Under the pieces are notes generated by a model, which searched no databases, had not been told where the DNA came from, and saw only the letters and a list, made by a program, of their open reading frames with translations. Shown piece after piece: positions 48,215 to 61,610 of a stretch of 64,000 bases of DNA. Each line of letters starts with the position of its first letter. Position 1 is the stretch's first letter. A program made the position numbers and the translations under genes. Where the stretch lies: assembly GCA_013265495.1 (NCBI GenBank), contig MU058289.1:682001-746000 (forward strand), read 5' to 3'. This DNA comes from Vicugna vicugna. Its lineage: Eukaryota.

Positions 48215-48878
48215 GTGCAGCTCTGTGTCTGTTACACGTGTGTCCACATCAGTGGGTGTCTTAGACCACGAGACCCCTGAGGGTAGGGGCTGCAGCAGCA
48301 TAGTCCTCTCCGTGGAATGCCTCGCTTGCACAGAGGAGAAACCAGCCCAGGGCAGTGCCTCTTTCTACCTCACTTCTGTCACTCTTCCCCTGGGCTTTGC
48401 CCCCGAGGCAAAAATTAGGCTTAAGATTAGTGAGTGGGGCTATCAGAGCAGGGGTGGGCTGTCAAAGGCATAGGGAGAGAAAGAAAGAAAAGTAATGACC
48501 AGCTGATCTGAGCAGGGACATGGCCACCTGGGGATGGGGTTTGGGAGGCGGTAGGTGGTGGTAGATGGCTGGGGTGGGGTAGGGGGGTTTGTACAGCTCA
48601 GGGTAATTTCTGGGTGGGAAGGCAAGTGGGAAAGGGCCAGAGACAGACCCTTTGGAGGGTCAGGGCTATCAGTTCTGAGAAGGAGGACTGTCTCTGGACC
48701 ATGCACAAAGTTCTCTGCACCAACTCGTGTTGCAGTAACCTCGTGCGTGCGTGCATGCGTGCGTATGTATGTATAGAGGGAGGGTGTGTAACTGCAGCTG
48801 AGCAGCAGGGGCTGAGAAAGCCCCAGGACCACCCCGGCCTCAGCCCATGGGCAACTCCACCTCCACCAGTTTGGCCTT

Positions 48879-51800
48879 TCAGTGCTTGAGAATGATGTAT
48901 TCCACTCCTTCCTGGGCCAGAGGCCGCTCCCCAGCCCCAAAATGAACCAGCTCCGAATAATGTATCCCCTCATCTTCCAGGACACTTGGAGTCACGTTCT
49001 CATAGTCGCCCTGAGAAAGCCACATTGTGGGAAGGTTGGCCTCACGGTCACCAGCCTCCCACAGTCTGCTTTCCCTGCCCATTATCTCCCCGACTCCACC
49101 TGGGGGTCCAAGAGCCCCAAGCAGGAGTCCTCTTGTCCAGAAACTGGCTGCGGCCAGCATCTCAGACTGGGAGGGTCCTGCCCTGGCTCTGCCCACACCT
49201 GGGCCTGAGCAGCCCGCCCCACTGCCCAGCCTGTGCCACCACTGAGTCCAGCCAAGTCCTTCCTGTCTGGGACTCACAGCCAAGGCCAGGTCCCCCACCC
49301 ACCACCTTCCATAGCCCCGCCCTCTTACCAGCTGACTCTTCTGCACCACGGAGTAAGTGACTGTGTCGTCCCTGTTTGGGGAAAGTCCCTGCATCTCTGA
49401 GGTCCCTGCATCTCTGAGAGGGGAGGCAGATGGATGACCACAATGAAACCTATTGCATGAACTCTGCTCCTTCTTTCAACTTCACTAAACCCTAAGAGCA
49501 CCCCCAGCCTCTCAGCCCCTTAAGTATTATGCCCAGTGCTCACAGTAGGAGCTAATATGTCAAATGAGTGAATGCATGTATGTAATGTGTGTATCACAAA
49601 ATCTCGACCTTGGTGATGGAGCATGCATGCAGTTCCCTAGACCATCACCCAGGGTGGTGCTACGGAGCTGGACTGAGGGGGTGAGGCACAGGCCTGGCCC
49701 CGAGGGGGCAGGCAACCCTTGGCCTTCCCCCCGCAGCCCTCCTGGGTGCAGGTGTCACCTCCCAGTACCCTCAGTACCCAAGTCTTGGTGAGTCAGTCTC
49801 GCCAGGGGGAAAGCGCAAAGCAGCATAGGAGACTGCATCTTCCATCACCGGGTTGTAGCACCCCAGGGAGTGGGGACCTTCGGCTTGGGGGGTCCTTCTA
49901 GCCTGGGAGAGAGACAAGGTTTCAGCTCTTACCACTCACCCCCGACCGTAGCTCCCTTCTCTGGTCTCTGATACCCCAGGCACCACCCCCAAAGTACCCT
50001 TCATCACCCCTCTCCACTGTTTCTTTCTTGACTTCAGGGTCTGCCCTCCATTTCATTTTTCTCCCATCCTACCTTTATATTCCTCACAAAGAAGCTCTGT
50101 CCACTGGAATTTTCCTGAAGCCTCTGCTGGCTCTGAATCCGCTTCCAGCTGAGAAGTAAAGATCTGCTCAGTGAGGATGAAGAGACGGGGAAGAGGACCC
50201 TGTGGATGGGCATGCTGGGGCCATCTACAGGATGGAGTAGCTGGGGTAACTGCCTGGAAGGGGCGGAGGGAGAGCGAATGAGGTGGGCGTGGGAAGAGCT
50301 CACCTCCGCTGAAGCTTGACTCCCCAGATTGCCAGGAGGAAGACGGCCAGGCAGAACCCCACTCCCAGGGCTGCTCGCCTGCTGATGGTCGCTGCGCTGT
50401 CTGATGGAGAAAGGGGGTACATCAGTTGATGCCACTGCCTCAGTCGGGTACTGGCCAGCTCTGCCCCGCTGTGCTCCTGGCCTGTGCGACTCCTCCGCCA
50501 TGCACGGGGGACGTGATGCAGAGCGAGAGAGAGAAGCCAGCCCTGTCCTCTGGACACCTCACCAGGAGGGAAGGGCAGCTCTTTTTCATGAGGAGCTCCT
50601 GCTCTGTGGCAGACTAGGTCACACACAGAGCACGTCACCCTCATAATGGGCACCGCCTCTTCAGAGGACCGCTCAGCCATACCTACAATTGTTTGTCCTC
50701 TGATCCAGCAAGCGCATGTAAGAACCTATCCTGCAACTCTCCTTGCGGGTGTGCCCAGAGCAATAGCCTGCACACAGCCTTGAGGAGGGCACTGGCTAGA
50801 GAACCACGCACCATCCGTGCATGAGGCCGCAGCACACCCTTAGGAAAAGAGGCGGGTCTCCAGGGTGGAGGCCCAGGGAACGTGTTTTCATACAATATGT
50901 TACTTTTCCAAATAACACACTCAGGCTGGCTCCCTTGAGGGTCCAGTTTGCAGGTGATGACCTTCGACATTTAAAGGCAAGGTGCCGATCATTAATCTGA
51001 AAAAAGTACAGAAAATAAATACTTGCCCTAAGTTTCCAGACTCTTCAGACACCCCATATAATGTGAAGATACAGAACAATCTCCACGTGGCTTTATCACA
51101 TGGAAGAAAGGAAAGTTCAAGGCCAAGTGTGAGCTCTCTCACCGTCTGCGCGTGGACACAGATCTATATAGGCCTACTGCGCATGTGCGGACTATCTCTG
51201 TGAGAGGCCACAGCCCGCTGCCAACAGGGAAAGCCTCGAGGGAGGGGGTAGAGTTCTCAAGGAGCAAGGAGGGAGAGGTGTCTTCCCTTCCACTCTTTAC
51301 ACTTTCATGCTGTTTTAATTTTTTATCGTGTACTTGTATTGTCTTTAAAAACGAAAAAACAAAACACTAAGCATCTCAAATGATACAAACAAGTGGCCCA
51401 TCAAGGTGAGACCTAGAGGCAGTGGGGGTTGGGAGCCAGTAGCAGCTCAGGATGTCTGGAAGGTACAGGCAGCTTGACCTGAGAGTCAGGAGAGACTGAG
51501 TGAGAAGGAGGGAAGGCGGGGGAGCTGTGTATGGAGCTGGGGGCGAGCCTTTGAGCACTGGGGCTGGGCCGCCCAGCAGGACAGGGGAAGGAGGGGCAGG
51601 GAAGGATGGGGAGGTGGTCTGGAATGCACAGCATTGGGAGCAAGCCGCAGGAGTGGCCAGCACCATTGAAGAGGATAGACAGGGGCCTTACAATAGACAG
51701 TGAGGGTGCTGGGGGGCGACTGGCTCCTGCCCAGCCTGTTGGTCCCCTGGCACCAGTAGGCGCCTGACTGCTGGACCTTCACAGGATTCAATCTCAGCGT

Positions 51801-54800
51801 CTGATCGTAATGGTGGAGGTCTTGGTTATTCCAGTCAAACCAGGCGTAATGGGAGATGGGAGGGTTGGCATCGCTCTCACACGTCAGGACTGCCTCCCCA
51901 CCCTCGATCACTCCGTCTTTCGGGCTCACAGACACATGCAGCCTCCTGGGTGCATCTGGAAGGAGAAACAAAGTCAGGATCCCAGCAGCCCGTCACCTGC
52001 CCATCTCTGCTCCCGGCCTCCAGCTCCAGCCACTCACACAGCACTTGGACGGCCCAGGCCTTAGACTCAGTCTGTCCAATGGAGTTGTTGACCAAGCAGT
52101 TGTAACTTCCAGCATCTTCTGGAGAGATGGAGTCAAAGCTCAGGTCCTTTCCTTCCTCCAGAAAGATTCCATTTTTCTTCCAGAAGAAGTGGATGTCCGC
52201 GGGGCGGCTACTGGAGAAGTCACATTGGAGGAGGACCCGGTGCCCAGAGTAAATCTCAGTATGAGGGCTGATCAGGACTCTGACATCTTTGGGGGCATCT
52301 GGAGAGCAAGGACCTCAGGCTGACCTCTTGGGTTCCTTTCCCTCTTCCTGTCCCCTAGACTTCCTCTCCCCTTGGCCCTGAGGCCTGACTCTCATCCCTC
52401 GGTTCTCTGTGCAGACTCTGGTCCAGGCTTCAATCTCTTCACCCTCAGAGCCCCGTACCCCGATTGGGCCACCTCCCAGCTCCCCCCGCCCAGGACACTC
52501 ACACTGGACATCCAGGTTGACGAGGGGAGACCAAAAACACCACTGGTTACAAGCTGCGCATTTGACTGGCCCTGTGTCCCAGGCAACATTTTGAATGGTC
52601 AGCCCCGCAGGTAATACTCGGGAGCCTACAGTGTCCCATTCATAGCGGGTAACTCTGGGGTTACTGGAATTGTAGGTACAGAGCAGGGTCACACTGTCTC
52701 CTTCTCGAATCGGCATGGGGTTTTGAATCACCGTGGTTACCTCCTTGGGGGGATCTGGGAGAAAAACCAGAGAGACGGGTGAAGAAAAGTCAGCCGTCCA
52801 TAATACCTTTTCCTTCCTGCTTCCTCTGCCCCCTCCCCAGCCCCTGCATTCACACTGTTCCTTAATTAACTAAGGGAAGACTTGTGCTTCCCCCTTGCAT
52901 CTGAAGACAGAAACCCTGCCCTGGCCATTTGGCCTGGTTGTGGCTTGAGGCAGGATGGTGCAGGGGTTAAGAGCCCGGCTCTGGGCAGGCAGGGTACGCA
53001 TGGCGCTGTGCACAGAAGGGGCTGCTGTTTGTGGGTCTCTGCGTGGGTCTGGGGCATGGAGCCGGGTTGCTAAAGCGAGGGCAGTAATTTAAAAGAAGGA
53101 AAGAAAAGCATGGCTCTGGAGCCAGACTGCCGGATCCTGCCACTTAGAGCTGTGTGACCTGGGGCTGCAGGCCTCAGCTTACTCATCTGTTAAATGGGGT
53201 CCTCCGAGTACCTAACCTTGTGGAATCGCTGTGAGAATGAAGTGACACGATGCCGTTAGAACAACATGACGTGTGCTAAACACTCAGTGCACTTGCTGCT
53301 GCTGCTGCTGTATCCCCATGTCCGGTGTCTAGATATTCAGGATTTGGGCATCCTTATCAGTGTGTGCGGCCCAGACTATGACATCCCAGGGTGCAAGGAT
53401 CAAACCTATGGATTCTCTTTGTCCTGGGCTCGCTCGCCTCAGTGATCAGACTCATCGTGTTAGACAGAGTCTGACTACAGAGAGGCAATGAGGCATTTTG
53501 CCCTGGTTCTCCTTGAAAACTTCAGGACCCCTTCAGGGGCTCAGCCACTGCCTAGTGATGCCATGTCTCGGTGTCCCTCATGGGACCCCGGTATCTTGCA
53601 GTTCATTCACCTCCCACGAGCCAGGCCCTGTGCTGCTAAGCTAAGGACACAACTGAGATCAACAGCAGAACACTCGCTCCGAGAAGCTAATCTGTCTGGA
53701 GCCCCTGGCCTCTGCTTGCTGTCCACTCTAGGACTCCCCGGCCTTCCTTCTGCTCCTACCTCCATCTTCTCCCTCCAGAACCCAGAATCTGCACCCACTC
53801 ACATTGGACGTCCAGCTCAGCTTCCTCACCAACTTGTCCAAGACCAAGACTGTTTTCCGCCAGGCAGGAGTACCTCCCAGCATGCCTGAGGAGGGCCTCT
53901 GGGATCTGGAAGTTCTGGTTTGTCCTTCCAGGCATTTCTATCCCATTATAATACCAGGTGTAATTTGTTGGATGAGGATTGGCTCGTGAGACACAAGTCA
54001 GCTTCACTTGATTTCCTTCCTGAACTGTCGAGGGTGAGAGCTGAACCCTGGAAGGTTCCGGAGCATCTGGAAGAAGAGGCAGAGGAAGCGGGGAGGTGAG
54101 CAGAGGCCTTCATCACTCCCGTCCCAGGGGCTTTGGTTGCGCCCCTGCCAGCTCCCTGCCCGCCCCTCCCCCAGCACCCAGGGGCTCACAGAGCACTTGG
54201 AGGTCCACGGCTTCCGACTTTCCTGAGCCTAGGACATTGACGGCCTCACAGTGGTACTTCCCACTCATGTCCCTGGTCACTTCGGGCAGCAATAGCACAT
54301 TCTTTGTCCCCGGCAGCGGGTTCCCATTCTTCAACCAGGATATCTGCCGGTGCTGTGGGTTGCTGCTGATGACCTGGCACTCCATGGTCACGGACGCCCC
54401 CTCCATTACTGTGGCTTCTCGGGGAAGGACCTGGATCTTCAACTTGGGCAAGTCTGGAGGAGCAGAGGGACAGTGGAGGTGGGGACAGGGAATTCCCAGA
54501 GGGTATAAAGCGGTGAGAAGTTGTAGGGTTTTTATTCTGATAAAGCAGGGACCCGTACAGAGCGGGCAAGGGTGTGCGGCTCCTCACTGTCACCCTTGTC
54601 AACAAGCGTGGGCCTGTCCAAGCACCAGGCGACTGTCACAGCCGCCTCCTTGGTCTCTCTGCTCCCGCTACCCCGGTCCCCAAAGATCTGGTCTCCACCA
54701 GCGGCCAGGGCAGTCCAACAGACCTCGCCACTCCCCGGCTTGAAACCCGATCAGTGGATTCCACACTTAGAGTTAAACCCCAAACCTTCAGTGCAGCCCA

Positions 54801-57522
54801 TGAGATCCAGTGTCCCCGTCCCTCTCGGCCTTTCTTTCCTACCACTCGGCCCCCTGGGTGCAGTGCTGAGGCTCTCTGGCCCCTTGCACTGAGGCAGACA
54901 CTCCAGGTTCCTTCCTCAAGGCCTCGTACTGGCTCTCCCCTCCCCATGGAACATTCTCTCAAGCGTTTGCCTGGTCAGTCCCTCTCTTCACTCAAGTCTC
55001 AGCTCAAGTTCACCTTCCTCAGAGAAGCCTGCGTCCCTCACTCCCTCTGTCCTAGCCCTGCTCTATTTTATCTTCATACCCTTAGCACCGCCTACAATGG
55101 TGTTCTCTCTTTCTTCGTTAATCTATTTACTGTTCGTCTCCCCCACTGCAGTGCTAGCTCCACGTGGGTGAGAACTTTGCTCACTGCTCTATGATAAGGC
55201 GCCTAGTAGGTTCACGGTAAATATTTACTGAATGCATGAATGAGGCACAAACAAGGATGTGACAAAAATTCCTCACATGCCTCCCAGGGGAACCAAAAAA
55301 CCTTAAGCAGGGGATCCCCCAATCATGTCATGGTTTGAGGATAGACTAAATTATTTTCTTCCGTTGGACTAAAGCAGATGCTAATAGGAATCTGTTGCCT
55401 GAAACACCAGTGTGGACCACAGCTCTGCCTGGACCACTCCCAGCCGCGGGTGCCCACAGACCCATTGCACTTCCTTCCTTCTGTATGGGCCCCTGTTACC
55501 CTCTGTGCCCGCCGAGGAGGGCGGAGAGATGACATGACCCTCGTCCCTCCCATGGGAGCACTGGGGAGACTCACGCTTCACATCCAGCTGCACCGTTTTC
55601 TCAGAGAGTATGTGCTGTTCCGTGGGGTCCCAGAGCTGGCAGGTCAGATTCTTGCCATGGTGAGTCCACTGCGGCTGGAACATGAGGTTGCTCTGGCTGG
55701 AGATGGTCTTGGTGGTGAGGGTGATGTGGGTGGTCGGGGGGGTCTTGGGGGCCAGGGTGGTCACGTTGACAGCAGGCTCCTCCAGGGACCACCGCAAATG
55801 GATCTGGTACCCAAAGCAGGCGAAATTCAGCGAGCAGGTTACGGTGACTTCCTGGAGCTCCCGGATTTCCGGAGGGAGCTGAATGTGGGGTGGAGGAGCC
55901 TTCTCTGCAAAGGAGCAGGGACCATGCTGGAGGCCTGGGAGACTGAGGGCTGGCGTGCGCTAGCTTCTCACGACTGCCTTTAGACGCCCTGCTCCAAATA
56001 ACCCCTCAGGAATCCCTGGCCAGCCCAGCGCATCTCTCTCCGGGCCTGCCGTTCTCTGCTCGGCCAGAACCCTCTCTGAAAGCTCTTGTGCTGATCCTCC
56101 CTAGGAACTGTGTTTTATGTCTTCTGCTTCGTCCACACTCCCTGACGTTTGTTTTCAAACGTTTCCATCACCCCACTCTTCTCGGTGGATTTCACCACTT
56201 TCGTTCAACATGCATTTTTTTTTCTTAGCTTGGGTGACAAACCTGCATTCGTCCAAAGGCTTCAATACTGGAGACGTCCCACACAGCACTCCTGTCGGGG
56301 TTCCTTTAGTGGGAGACGCCTGTGTGCAGCCAGGCCTCACTCTGCCCGGGACCGGGCTGCCCTCCGATTGCAGCATCTGAAGCTCCATCCCTCACCCCAA
56401 ACATAGTGCTGCTTAGACCCACCCACTGAATAAACGGGCTGCGGAATGGAGTGAACACACTCCCTGGGGTGAAGGCCCCAGACCTGTGTTTGCTTAACTC
56501 CCCTCCGTGTGTCGTGGAGCTACAAAGGGCTAGTTAGAATTAATCAGCTTGCCATGAACACATCGGGAGATTTCACTCGAAAATTCAGGTTTCCATCTTC
56601 TCTGGGAAAAATCAGGCAACCCTGGGGCCCAGGTTCTAGAATGGGCAGGAGCCGAGTGGCAGGTGGGATGCTTGAGGGGGACAAGTGCTCAGGCTCCAGC
56701 TTGCCCCAGTCCCACTGTCTTGTGCTGCCCCCATCGCTCGCTGGCACCCCCAACCGGCCTCCACAGGCAACCCAGTTTGTGATCTGCTCCAGGAGTCAGG
56801 TGTTTTCCCACCTCCCTGGTTGCCCGAGACAGAGGAACCCGCCCCCGGGGCCTTACCAGAGACATTGAGGCCTATGGACTCCATCCACTTCTCAGGCCCC
56901 ACCGTCATCAGCCTCAGCCCCAGCTGGCCACTGTCGCTGACTTTCACAGGGTTGATGTAGAGGGTGCAGTTGCCTCTCTCATTTCCCAGGAATTGTACCC
57001 TTTCCTGATGAGGAGGAAACTCCTTGGCTTTCTGGTTCTTATAGAGGATGGTCCCGCTATAATTCTTGTTGGTGTTGTCATAAGAAAAATTGTGGTACAG
57101 GATCAGGTGGCTTAAGATGTTTTCTTTCCCTGGGATCCTGTAGTTGCAGGGAATCCAGACACAGGCCCCGTCCCAGGCGTAGATGGTCTTGGGATGATAA
57201 AATGTCCATAAAGCTGAATCAGAGAGAGCCAAGTACTCTGGAACCCACCAGAGTGAAGAGAAAGCATTACTAGAGGACACTGAGAGCTTTCAAAGGAGTA
57301 AACAATTTTCTCTGAAGAGAGAGTGATGGAGAGGGAGATACACAAAGAGAGAAGTATCTATACACAGGTATACACTCCCTGTCCCTACTCTGCCCAACAC
57401 TGACTCTTCTCCACCCCCGATCTTTCCCCCTCCTCCATCTCCCACAGTCATCCCAGAACCCAAGTACCAGCCTCGGCTCTGTCCTTACCGAGAAGCAGAA
57501 GCGAGAGGCCAAGGAGATGCAT
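48879..57522 (-). CDS. CD22: B-cell receptor CD22 (Siglec-2), 13 coding exons, 2565 nt / 854 aa
   Basis: Coding exons: 57522-57489, 57237-56857 (V-set), 55904-55575, 54453-54190, 54066-53803, 52754-52503, 52298-52038, 51955-51692 (C2 Ig), 50400-50304 (TM), 50148-50073, 49902-49778, 49413-49329, 49010-48879. All GT-AG and phase-consistent. V-set DSGQLGLR (sialic-acid Arg), tyrosine motifs VSYAAL, VTYSVV, YENV, IHYSEL, VEYIIL. Confidence 0.96.
53110..53300 (+). mobile_element. MIR in CD22 intron
   Basis: ggctctggagccagactgcc...gcctcagcttactcatctgttaaatgggg. Confidence 0.75.
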
Positions 57523-58387
57523 GATGCTGTGTCTAGGCAGGAGCCTGGGCTGGGAAGAGTTTGTCTTTGAGCCATCTGGTCACTTACATCTTGCAGACAG
57601 TTTTTCTTGCTCACCCACTGAGCTCCGACCCCTTTTCCCTGATCCCGGGAGGACCACGTCTGGTTGCATGGTGGGATATGGAATTCTGGAAGCTCACGGG
57701 GTTTTTCTGGGTACGCCGTGCCTCTCCCATCATCCTGAGAACCATGCAGGGCTAGCCTCTCTCTCCCAGCACTCTTTCTTTCCTTCCATCCATCCATTCA
57801 TCCAGAATTGCATAAACTTGCTGCCCCACTCTCAAGCATTGAGTGGCACCAGACCACTGAGCACCTCGAATGCCAGATCCTGGGTCACTTGGAACTTGCC
57901 TTGGGGCGACTAGCGAAGGGCTTCACATAGGGGAGGGATATGATCAAACCTTGATTTTAAAGACCAGGAGAAAAACAACTCTAAAACCAATAGATAAGTA
58001 TGATGCCAGGAGAGCATTTAGGTGGGTCTGAAAGGACATAAGAGAATGTGGTCCGAGGATCCCACTCAAATGCCCCCAGGGGCTGGGGAGGAAACATAAA
58101 TCAACCAGGTGGGGACAAGGTCATGACTATCTCAGTCCCAATTGTTGCCAAGTGGGAACGTCAGCTCAGCACTGCCTGATCTTCTACTGTTTTAAAAGAA
58201 ATAAGAAGCCAAAGTCTCACGTGAAATGTCCTGCTTTGAATAAAACAAACACAGGGCTGGGCAAACAGAACCTATCTGTGGGCTAGAGGTGGTCCAGGGG
58301 CTACCAGTGTGCAACCACTGCCCATCTCCGTGTGGGTGGGTGCGGTGAGCTTCACTGCTACTGCATTAGACTTTTACATAGAATTCT

Positions 58388-58452
58388 ATTTACATAGAGT
58401 TAATTTAAGTCCCAATTTGCATGGCTGTGCCCTTCAGGCCCGTCCCTGGGGA
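58388..58452. promoter_or_regulatory. Candidate B-cell enhancer in CD22 intron 1
   Basis: Octamer ATTTGCAT 58415-22, variant ATTTACAT 58388-95, EBF site TCCCTGGGGA 58443-52. Confidence 0.5.
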
Positions 58453-59576
58453 AGCCAGCAGGACGTGCCAGCAGAGTGTGTCTCCGGTCTCAGCACAGAC
58501 CTGTCTCTCTCCCACCCGCCTGGCCAGCGTTTCCCACACGTCGGCGCCCCTGCCCCCAGCCCCTCCACCTGTTTATCTCCGCAGACTGCTTGGCTGATGC
58601 TAAGGGCTGCTGGGGAAAGCCAGGCTGCCTGCTGAAAGTAGGAAGGGGATCTGCCCCCAGGCGTAGCAGCCACTCTGGTCTGGCCCGGATACCACTCAGG
58701 GCTGGGAGGGGAACGTGGTCTGAACCCCTCAGGACTCTCCAGACAGAACTCATACAGCTCTGCAGGTGCTAATAGTGTTACACCCAAAAAAGTCTTCCAG
58801 GTCACAGCCATCTGAGAGAAGCTGGGTTAGAAAAAGTGAAATAGGATTCTTCAGTGCGGGTCTTTTCCAACCCTTTAACTAGCTGTGTGCATGGTATGTC
58901 TCCCAACATGGACGCTGGTGTACAGCACGTAGCCCGGACTTCTTTAGCTGTGGGAAGAGTTTTACAACTTCCATGAAAACCTTGCTAGGGCGGCAGGGTC
59001 TGTGTTCTGACGGATGCCCTTTGGGTTTCCACAAGGGCTCTGGCAAGGGCCGGATTCCTTTCCCCGTGGCGCCCCCTCTGGCAGCAGCCCCCAGTCACAC
59101 CCTCGCTGGGGACCCGCTGGAGTAAGCCACCAGGACTAGGGGGAGACGGGCGCTTCTCAGAGCAGGGCTGCCTGCTCACCCCAGGGAGCTCCAGGCAGTC
59201 TCTGGAGCATGAGGAGTGCGCCCAGGGCCTGGAATTGGAAAGCTGCTGAGCAGGGTAGGGCATGGAGTCAGCACTGGGTGCAAAGGCTCAGGACGAGGTC
59301 ATGCTGTCCAGACCTGTGGTCCTTGCAGGACCTCAGAGCTGGCCTCCCCGAGTCCAGTCTTCCCTCCTGGGCATCCGGTGACCCATCCTACCCTAGAAGA
59401 CGTGCCAGGCCTGGCAAGGGAGGTGCTCAGAGACAGAGGTCACCGACCTGTTGTAACACAGGCAAGGGAAAGGCAGGGGAGCCCCCACAGTGCCCCCAGC
59501 CCTGGGAACTGTGCGCGGCACGCAGCAGCTGCTCCATACGTGTTTGCTGAAAGCAAAAAGACAAAATAGTTTTTAC

Positions 59577-59640
59577 CTGTTTCCTCGTGTCTTCGCTCTT
59601 CAGGGACCCTGGCAGCATCTAAGAGTGAAAGGGGAAGCAC
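59577..59640 (-). promoter_or_regulatory. CD22: CD22 non-coding exon 1 / TSS region
   Basis: agatgctgccagggtccctgaagagcgaagacacgaggaaacag|gtaaa resembles the CD22 5' UTR; ETS/PU.1-like gaaaggggaag 59627-37. Confidence 0.75.
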
Positions 59641-59699
59641 AGTAACATCGCCAGTGACTGATTTTCACTCCTCTTGGCCACACCCCCTGCCTCTCTGGG

Positions 59700-60385
59700 G
59701 CAACAGTTCCACTTCTGGGTATTTATCTGAAGAAAACTGTAACACTAACTCGAAAAGCTATCTGCGCCCCATTGTTCCCTGCACAGCATTCGTTACAGTA
59801 GCCAAGACACGGCAGTGCCCTAAGGGCCCATTGATGAATGAGTAGATAAAGAAAATGTCTACAAAAGAATATTATTCAGCCATAAAAAGGACATCTAGCC
59901 ATTGGTGACAACGTGGATGGGACTGGAGGCACTTACACTAAGTGAAATAAGTCAGAGAAAGACAAACACCATGTCATGTGGTCTTGCTTAGATGTGGAAT
60001 CTTAAAACAAAGGAAAACAAGCTCATAGATACAGAGAACAGATTGGTGGCTGCCGGGGCAGGGGGCGGGGATGGGAATGGACAAAAGGGATGAAGGAGGG
60101 GAAAAGGTGCAAACTTCTGGTTATAAAATAAATCAGTCCTGGGGATGTTACGTACAGCCTGGTGACAATAGTTAATAGTACTCTACTGTACATTTAACAA
60201 TTGCTAAGAGAGTAGACTGTAAAAGTTTCCATCACAAGAAAGAGAATTATAACTATGTGTGGTGATGGACATTAACTAGATTTACTGTGGTGATCATTTT
60301 GCAATATATACAAATATCGAATCATTATTGTTATACACCTGAAACTAATATATTGTTATATGTTGATTATATCTCAATTAAACAA
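59700..60385 (+). mobile_element. L1 (L1MA-like) 3' end
   Basis: ccacttctgggtatttatctgaag...caaacttctggttataaaataaatcagtcctggggatg...tatctcaattaaa. Confidence 0.85.
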
Positions 60386-61391
60386 AGAAAGTAGGACGGA
60401 CTATAATAATAACAAATAAAGTGGACTTCATAACAAAGAAAATGACCAAATCCAGAGAGGGGATATTACATAATGAGGAAAGGGTCAATCCACCAAGAAG
60501 ACACAGCAATCTAAACGTGTAGGTACCAAACAGCAGAGCTACAAAAAGTTTGAAGCAAAATTCAACAGAAGTGAAAGGAGAAATAGATAGATCCACAATT
60601 ATGGCTGGAGAATTCAACACCCACCCTCAACAACTGATAGAACAATTAGTCAGAAAATCAGCAAGGATGTATAAAAGCTTAACATCACCATCAACCATCA
60701 GTATCTAATGGATGTTTTTACAACACTCCACCCCAAAACAGCATGATACACATTCCTTTCAAGCACACATGGAACATATACCAAGATAAACCAAATTTAG
60801 GGCCATAAAACAAGCCTCAAAAAAATTGAAATAATTGAAACCATCTGGAGTATATTCTCTAACCCCAATCAGACTAGAAATCAATATCTGAAAAATCTTC
60901 AAACACTTGAAAACTAAATAGCAAGCTTCTAAATAATCCATGGGTCAAAGAGGAAATGTAAAGGGAAATTTAAAAAATACATTGAACTGAAAGAAAATGA
61001 AAATAGAACTTACCAAATTTTGTGAGACACAGCCAAAGCACAGGAGGGAAGTTTATGGCACTAAATGCTTACGTTAAAAAAGTAAGTCTCAAATCATTAA
61101 TATAGGGTTCCATCTCTGGAAACTAGAAAAATAAAAGCAAAACAAATGCAAAAAAAGCATAAGGAAGGAAATAATAAATAAAGGCAGAAATCAATGAAAG
61201 TGAAAACAGAAAAATAGAGGAAATAAAATAGTTCACTGAAAAGATCGATGAAATTGACAGATCTCTCGCAAGACTGACAAATTTAAAAAAGAGGGAGAAA
61301 AATTGCTAATAGCAAGGGCAAAACAGAGGATCTCACTACATATCCTGCTAACATCTAAAAAGGTAATAAGGAAATACTATAAATAACTCTT

Positions 61392-61610
61392 TTTTTTTTA
61401 ATGAAGTATAATCAGTTTATAATGTTGTGTCAATTTCTGGTGTACAGCACAATGCTTCAGTCATACATGAACATACATATATTTGTTTTCACATTCTTTT
61501 TCACCGTAAGTTACTACAAGACATTGAATATAGCTCCCCGTGCTGTACAGCATGAACTTGTTGTTTATTCTATATATGTATCAGTCAGCATCTGCAAGTC
61601 TCCAACTCCC
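61392..61610 (-). mobile_element. Short young L1 3' end nested in older L1
   Basis: Poly-T then catgaacatacatatatttgttttcacattctttttcaccgtaagttactacaag, reverse of the 1600-1790 family. Confidence 0.8.

Noticed and set aside
48741..48775. cgtg/atgt low-complexity run in the CD22 3' UTR
   Set aside because: Short simple repeat with no further structure.
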